From: Candidatus Aenigmatarchaeota archaeon
GTDB lineage: Archaea; Aenigmatarchaeota; Aenigmatarchaeia; QMZP01
DNA: 11,242 nucleotides
Direction of reading: 5' to 3'
NCBI GenBank assembly: GCA_039091855.1
Contig: JAWCLA010000024.1
Span: forward strand, 1-11,242
Part shown: positions 7,452 to 11,242 of the stretch, piece after piece
Layout of the letters: every line of letters starts with the position of its first letter
Position numbering within the stretch: position 1 is the stretch's first letter
Translations under genes and position numbers: made by a program
Notes under the pieces: model-generated
Databases searched by the model: none
Seen by the model: the letters and a program-made list of their open reading frames with translations, nothing else
Told to the model about the DNA's origin: nothing

Positions 7452-7584
7452 ATATAATCACTAACTCCTAAAAACAGGCTCTCAAAAAACCTTTTGAGAA
7501 GCCTCTCTACTGGTTGCAAAAGAAAGCAGCTAAAACCCCGCTTTACACAGCCAGTAACTCAGCTTACCCTAATCATTTGGTAAG
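7452..7584 (-). promoter_or_regulatory. Structured non-coding leader of rps17 (three consecutive stem-loops, then a U-tract and SD-like motifs)
   Basis: Inverted repeats at 7563-7584, 7508-7556 and 7476-7504, then GTTTTT and AGGAG/GTGAT before the ATG. Function is inferred. Confidence 0.55.
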
Positions 7585-7589
7585 ATGGC

Positions 7590-7600
7590 TTTTTAAATAT
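7590..7600 (-). promoter_or_regulatory. Putative TATA box of an internal promoter for the rps17-rps8 block
   Basis: ATATTTAAAAA preceded by purine-rich ACAAGGTAAT (BRE-like), in the only large gap of the operon. Confidence 0.55.
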
Positions 7601-7623
7601 ATTACCTTGTTCCAAATCAGTAA

Positions 7624-7899
7624 CTACCATTTCTTGAACTTTTTCTTTACCCTGTCTTCTGGTCTGGAAACAAGAAGGCTTCCGTCAACCCTTACCCATT
7701 TTCCGTTAACAAGGAAAGAAAAAACGCAAATATCCTTAGGGACAGATTTTTCTCCGCTTTTTGTTTCAATGACAAGCATATTCCTGCTCTCTCCAACAAC
7801 CTTTCCCTCTATTCCAACAAGATGCGAATTTTTTGAGTTTGCTACCTTTGCTAACAGGCCTATAAGCTCGTGCCTTACAATCTCTTCGGGAGTTGCCAT
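7624..7899 (-). CDS. rnp1: Ribonuclease P protein component 1 (Rpp29/POP4)
   Basis: HELIGL, GIEGKVVGESRNML, VPKD and RPEDR motifs; canonical position between SUI1 and rps17. ATG 7899 with upstream GAGGG is preferred over TTG 7923. Confidence 0.95.
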   Translation of the reverse strand: MATPEEIVRHELIGLLAKVANSKNSHLVGIEGKVVGESRNMLVIETKSGEKSVPKDICVFSFLVNGKWVRVDGSLLVSRPEDRVKKKFKKW

Positions 7900-7936
7900 A
7901 ATATAAAAACCCTCTTCAACCAAATACTGCAGCCTT

Positions 7937-8242
7937 CTATGAAACCTCTATCTTTTCCTCAGGAAAGCCGAGCTTCACAAGTATTGCCTTCACCTTTTCT
8001 GTGTGGTTTCCCTGCAACTCTATCACGCCTTCCTTTATGGTTCCTCCGCAGGCAAGCCTTGTCTTCAACTCCTTAAGAACGTTCTTTATGTCAACGTCCT
8101 TGCTTATGCCCTCAATCACTGTTGTTATCTTTCCGTACCTTTTTTTTATCCCAGAAACTCTTATCTTCTCGCTCTCCTTTGCTATTGTCTCGCAAACACA
8201 TAGTTCCTTCGGCAGGCCGCAGTTAGGACAGACTTCGCTCAT
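7937..8242 (-). CDS. Translation initiation factor SUI1/aIF1
   Basis: CPNCGLPKELCVCE, RYGKITTVIEG, LACGGT and IELQGNH motifs; ATGA overlap with rpl29. Confidence 0.97.
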   Translation of the reverse strand: MSEVCPNCGLPKELCVCETIAKESEKIRVSGIKKRYGKITTVIEGISKDVDIKNVLKELKTRLACGGTIKEGVIELQGNHTEKVKAILVKLGFPEEKIEVS

Positions 8243-8472
8243 TCTTTCTTTTTTACCTCCTTTGTTTCATTCCTTATACTTTTCTCTTTCTTTATAGTAA
8301 GCCCTCTTGCAATGGTTTTTCTCAACTGCCTTATTCTTCCCGGAGAAGAAACAGTAGCACCTATCTTTATGCTTGCTTTTTGCTTGGCAAGCTCAAGCCT
8401 GAGTTCAGCAATTTTTCTGTCAAGCTCTCTTGACTCCATTTTCCTCATTTCTTTTTTTCTTATGATTGCCAT
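8239..8472 (-). CDS. rpl29: 50S ribosomal protein L29 (uL29)
   Basis: ELRLEL...SPGRIRQLRKTIAR motif; follows rps3. Confidence 0.95.
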   Translation of the reverse strand: MAIIRKKEMRKMESRELDRKIAELRLELAKQKASIKIGATVSSPGRIRQLRKTIARGLTIKKEKSIRNETKEVKKKE

Positions 8473-8485
8473 AATGTGGTTTCCT

Positions 8486-9244
8486 TTAATTTTTCGATTC
8501 AGCCTTTTTAACCTTTTTCTTCTTTTGTTCGTCCTTTTCTGTTATTTCAGTTTTAATGGGTTTTTCTTTATGAACAGCCTCTTCATTTTTCTCAGCCTCT
8601 TTTTCAAGCTCTTCCAAAATCTCTTCACCTTTTTGCTCAATTTCGGTTTTTTCAGGTCTTGTTGTCTTGAGCTCACCATCAATATCCATAAAATACTTCA
8701 TTATCTTTACCTTCACGCCTATCTTTCCTGGTTTTGTGTTTGCCTCTTCAAAACCATAGTCAACAAGCTCTTTTGATGGCTGTCCGCAATGTTTAAGGTA
8801 ACCTTCTGTAAACTTTGATGTCATAGCCTTTCCTGTTCCAAACTTTCCTGAAATTATTATTTCAGCACCAACAGCGCCCGCGTCCATTATCCTCTTTATC
8901 ATAACATTTCCTATCTTCTTGTAATTGAATCCCTTTTCCAGAGAGGATGCAATATGTTTCGCTACCAGTTTGGCATCTAAGTCTGGATTCCTTATCATTT
9001 TAACATCAAGTTGTGGGTTTTCCAACCCAAACTTCTGCTTTATAGCCTCTGTCATTTCATTTATTGTCCTACCACTTCTTCCTATTATCCTTCCAGGTTT
9101 GTTTGTGTATATTATTATCTTTATCCCGAGAGGCGTCCTTTGAAGCTCTATCTTTGAATAGTCTCCAGAAGGAAAGCTTTCCCTTATGAATTTCTCTATT
9201 TCCATCTCCTTTATTGCATGACCGATGAAGTATCTCTTAAGCAT
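8486..9244 (-). CDS. rps3: 30S ribosomal protein S3 (uS3) with long charged C-terminal tail
   Basis: RTPLG, KH loop PGRIIGRSG, GAEIIISGK and GKIGVKVKIM motifs. Confidence 0.98.
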   Translation of the reverse strand: MLKRYFIGHAIKEMEIEKFIRESFPSGDYSKIELQRTPLGIKIIIYTNKPGRIIGRSGRTINEMTEAIKQKFGLENPQLDVKMIRNPDLDAKLVAKHIASSLEKGFNYKKIGNVMIKRIMDAGAVGAEIIISGKFGTGKAMTSKFTEGYLKHCGQPSKELVDYGFEEANTKPGKIGVKVKIMKYFMDIDGELKTTRPEKTEIEQKGEEILEELEKEAEKNEEAVHKEKPIKTEITEKDEQKKKKVKKAESKN

Positions 9245-9473
9245 ATCTAATCCCTACTGGCCATATTAACTCCCCGCTTTTTTCCTTATCCCTTATTTCA
9301 AGCCTTTTCATAACAGGGCTTCTTAAAAACCTTTCAGGTAATTTTTCAGAATCAACATCCTCAATAATAAAGATGCTCTCCCCGTCCGTATCGTAATCTT
9401 TCTTAAGGACATTCGAAAGGTATTTCGCTATCCTTAGGCTCCCCCTTCCACAAATATAAATATCCACTTTCAT
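9237..9473 (-). CDS. Hypothetical 78-aa protein inserted between rpl22 and rps3
   Basis: Its ATG is 1 nt after the rpl22 TGA (GGAGAGATGATATG), and its TAA overlaps the rps3 start (ATGCTTAA). It fills the whole 230-nt gap. No family recognised. Confidence 0.8.
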   Translation of the reverse strand: MKVDIYICGRGSLRIAKYLSNVLKKDYDTDGESIFIIEDVDSEKLPERFLRSPVMKRLEIRDKEKSGELIWPVGIRYA

Positions 9474-9474
9474 A

Positions 9475-9858
9475 TCATCTCTCCATCAAAACTATCTGTA
9501 TGTTTGCCATCTTCCTTTTTGTTCCCCTCATTTTCAGCCTTCTTGGCCTCATGAATGTGAAGCCCTTGTGTGCAGAGGCATGAACATAAAGCCTTGACGT
9601 GTCAAGACCTTTGTTCTCGGCGTTTGACTCTCCACTTTTAAGCAGGGAAAGTATCTCTTTTGAAATGTTGGTGTAATATTTTCCATCGATGCTGCGCCTT
9701 CCTGAAATCATATCCTCAAGAAGTTTTTTTGCCTTTTCCAGATTCATACCCGTTATCCTTCTGCATACTATTGCAGAGTTTTTTTCAGAAAGCCTGAGGC
9801 TTCTGCCATAGACCCTCACTGACTTCTTTGGGTTAGGATTGAAAGCATACCTTTCCAT
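9475..9858 (-). CDS. rpl22: 50S ribosomal protein L22 (uL22), short divergent form
   Basis: Position after rps19; GMNLEKAKKLLED, ESNAENKGLD and NIQIVL motifs; SD AGGTGG. Confidence 0.93.
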   Translation of the reverse strand: MERYAFNPNPKKSVRVYGRSLRLSEKNSAIVCRRITGMNLEKAKKLLEDMISGRRSIDGKYYTNISKEILSLLKSGESNAENKGLDTSRLYVHASAHKGFTFMRPRRLKMRGTKRKMANIQIVLMER

Positions 9859-9867
9859 AATCCACCT

Positions 9868-10248
9868 TTACTTAAGCGGTACGAACTTGCTGGACCTTGT
9901 TGCACCAAACCCAGGCGCTGAATGCTTGACAGCCTTTCTTGTGAGAGCGAACTCACCAAGCCTGTGCCCGAGCATCTCTGGCTTTATTTCTACAGGAACA
10001 TACTCCTTTCCGTTGTGAACACCTATCTTTACACCAAGCATTTGGGGAACTATCACCATTTCCCTGCATCTTGTCCTGTGAAACTTGCCAGGATTTTTCA
10101 TAATTTTTTCGAGCAAAATCCTTTCCTTCCTTGTGAAACCTCTTTTTAAGGCTCTCCTTTCCCTTGCAGGTATAAGCCTGCTGAATTCCTCTATGCTCAT
10201 ACTCTTTATCTCTTCAAGGGATTTCCCCCTTAGTTCAAATTTTGCCAT
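9868..10248 (-). CDS. rps19: 30S ribosomal protein S19 (uS19)
   Basis: PARERRAL, VHNGKEY, EMLGHRLGEFALTRK and GATRSSKFVPLK motifs. Confidence 0.98.
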   Translation of the reverse strand: MAKFELRGKSLEEIKSMSIEEFSRLIPARERRALKRGFTRKERILLEKIMKNPGKFHRTRCREMVIVPQMLGVKIGVHNGKEYVPVEIKPEMLGHRLGEFALTRKAVKHSAPGFGATRSSKFVPLK

Positions 10249-10262
10249 TTCCTATACACCCA

Positions 10263-10931
10263 TTATTTCTTTCTGCCCATCCTCCTTGGAGATATTGAGC
10301 CGACCTTCCTTCCAGGAGGAGCGTTTCTTGAAACGCTCTTGGGTTTTCCAAGTCCTGTGTATCCTCCCCCAAAGGGATGGTCTACAGCATTCATTGAAGT
10401 TCCGGATGTCCTTGGATAAAGCTTACCTCTTGCGTGCATTGCTATCCATTTTTTTCCTGCCTTTACCCAAGGCTTCTCATTTCTTCCGTCACCAGCAGGA
10501 ACACCGATTGTTGCCAAGCACTGAGGATTGAGCTTAATCTTCTTCTTTGATGGAAGCATTATTATACACTCCTTTTCTGTTTTTGATTCCACTATTGCAA
10601 ATGATCCTGGAGATCTGCAAAGCTTGGGTCCTGAATTGGGATATGTTTCGACGCAGCATATCTGCTGTCCTTCGCTAAGGCTTGAAAGTGGGACTATGAC
10701 TTTATCTATATTGTCGCCGACTTTCATACCCTCTATTGCAACAATGTAGCCCTTTGTCTTATCCTCATATTCAATCTCTGCAAGCGGTGCATCCCTAAGA
10801 GGATCGTTTACTATGTCAATCACAACCCCGTTCTGTTTTTTGTATCCTAACTTTGGCTTGAATTTCCTTTCAGGAACCCTGTAAGTATGAGAGCCTTTCC
10901 CCCTTCTCTGTGGTATTATCCTCTTACCCAT
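10263..10931 (-). CDS. rpl2: 50S ribosomal protein L2 (uL2), compact form (222 aa)
   Basis: MGKRIIPQRRGKG, MNAVDHPFGGG and APPGRKVG motifs. ATG 10931 has SD GAGGGA. Confidence 0.97.
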   Translation of the reverse strand: MGKRIIPQRRGKGSHTYRVPERKFKPKLGYKKQNGVVIDIVNDPLRDAPLAEIEYEDKTKGYIVAIEGMKVGDNIDKVIVPLSSLSEGQQICCVETYPNSGPKLCRSPGSFAIVESKTEKECIIMLPSKKKIKLNPQCLATIGVPAGDGRNEKPWVKAGKKWIAMHARGKLYPRTSGTSMNAVDHPFGGGYTGLGKPKSVSRNAPPGRKVGSISPRRMGRKK

Positions 10932-10945
10932 AACATCCCTCAAGC

Positions 10946-11239
10946 TTATACTATGCCAAGCTTTGTTGCTATATCCGATGCTGAAAATTCCCTCTTCAAC
11001 TTCACATAAGCCTTTTTCTCACCGTTTGGTGTTATCTCGAAATTTACCTTTTCAACCTTTACCTCAAAAGCCTTCTCAACAGCATCCTTTACCTCTTTCC
11101 TTGTTGAATTTCTTCTTACCATAAACACGAGCTTGTTTTCAGCCTCTACCATTTTCATGGATTTTTCAGCAAGATGCGGATACATAATAACATCCCAAGG
11201 CTCAACGTCTTTTGTTTTGGTTTTTTTATTTCTTTCCAA
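10946..11239 (-). CDS. rpl23: 50S ribosomal protein L23 (uL23); start uncertain because the frame is open to the window edge
   Basis: AEKSMKMVEAENKLVFMV, GEKKAYVKL and ASDIATKLGI motifs; precedes rpl2. Confidence 0.95.
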   Translation of the reverse strand: MERNKKTKTKDVEPWDVIMYPHLAEKSMKMVEAENKLVFMVRRNSTRKEVKDAVEKAFEVKVEKVNFEITPNGEKKAYVKLKREFSASDIATKLGIV

Positions 11240-11242
11240 GTT

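Noticed and set aside
7505-7560. H2 as a direct mimic of the 16S helix-21 uS8 site (UACUGG/CCAGUA)
   Set aside because: The resemblance is superficial. I could not build the conserved internal-loop core by eye, so it is left only as a test.
7452-7623. RNase P RNA beside rpp29, SRP RNA, tRNA or C/D sRNA in the spacer
   Set aside because: There is no convincing GAGGAA..UCC / ACANAA..GGCUUA pair and the region is short and AT-rich. AAGCAGC lacks the SRP CAGG partner, and no cloverleaf forms. AUGAUUA...CUGA are only 7 nt apart, with no full C/D'/C'/D layout.
2190-10749. Plus-strand hydrophobic ORFs (e.g. 7514-7906, 8312-8776, 10085-10531) and minus ORF 4305-4493
   Set aside because: They are antisense or out-of-frame shadows of Lys/Glu-rich genes; their F/L/S richness is the expected artefact.
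1-11242. CRISPR arrays, IS elements, inteins, frameshifts or alternative genetic code
   Set aside because: None was seen. Genes are intact and TGA, TAA and TAG all act as stops at expected positions.

Overview
Core region of an archaeal genome, read with the standard code. The compact, divergent proteins suggest a DPANN-type lineage such as Aenigmatarchaeota; this is an inference. Most of the window is a minus-strand ribosomal protein superoperon: rpl23-rpl2-rps19-rpl22-[unknown 78-aa ORF]-rps3-rpl29-SUI1/aIF1-rpp29-[172-bp structured spacer]-rps17-rpl14-rpl24-rps4e-rpl5-rps14-rps8. The operon stops after rps8 and continues with genes normally found in other clusters (rpl30e-nusA, rpoD), then a small 2-TM ORF and rps15. 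At the left, a threonine-synthase-like PLP enzyme (+) is divergent from a 4-TM membrane protein that runs off the window and is absent from the ORF track. There are two best leads. The first is an unknown, translationally coupled 78-aa gene inside the highly conserved rpl22-rps3 junction. The second is a TATA-preceded spacer before rps17 tiled by three hairpins, a candidate archaeal ribosomal-leader or attenuator RNA. No tRNA, rRNA, CRISPR array or mobile element was seen.
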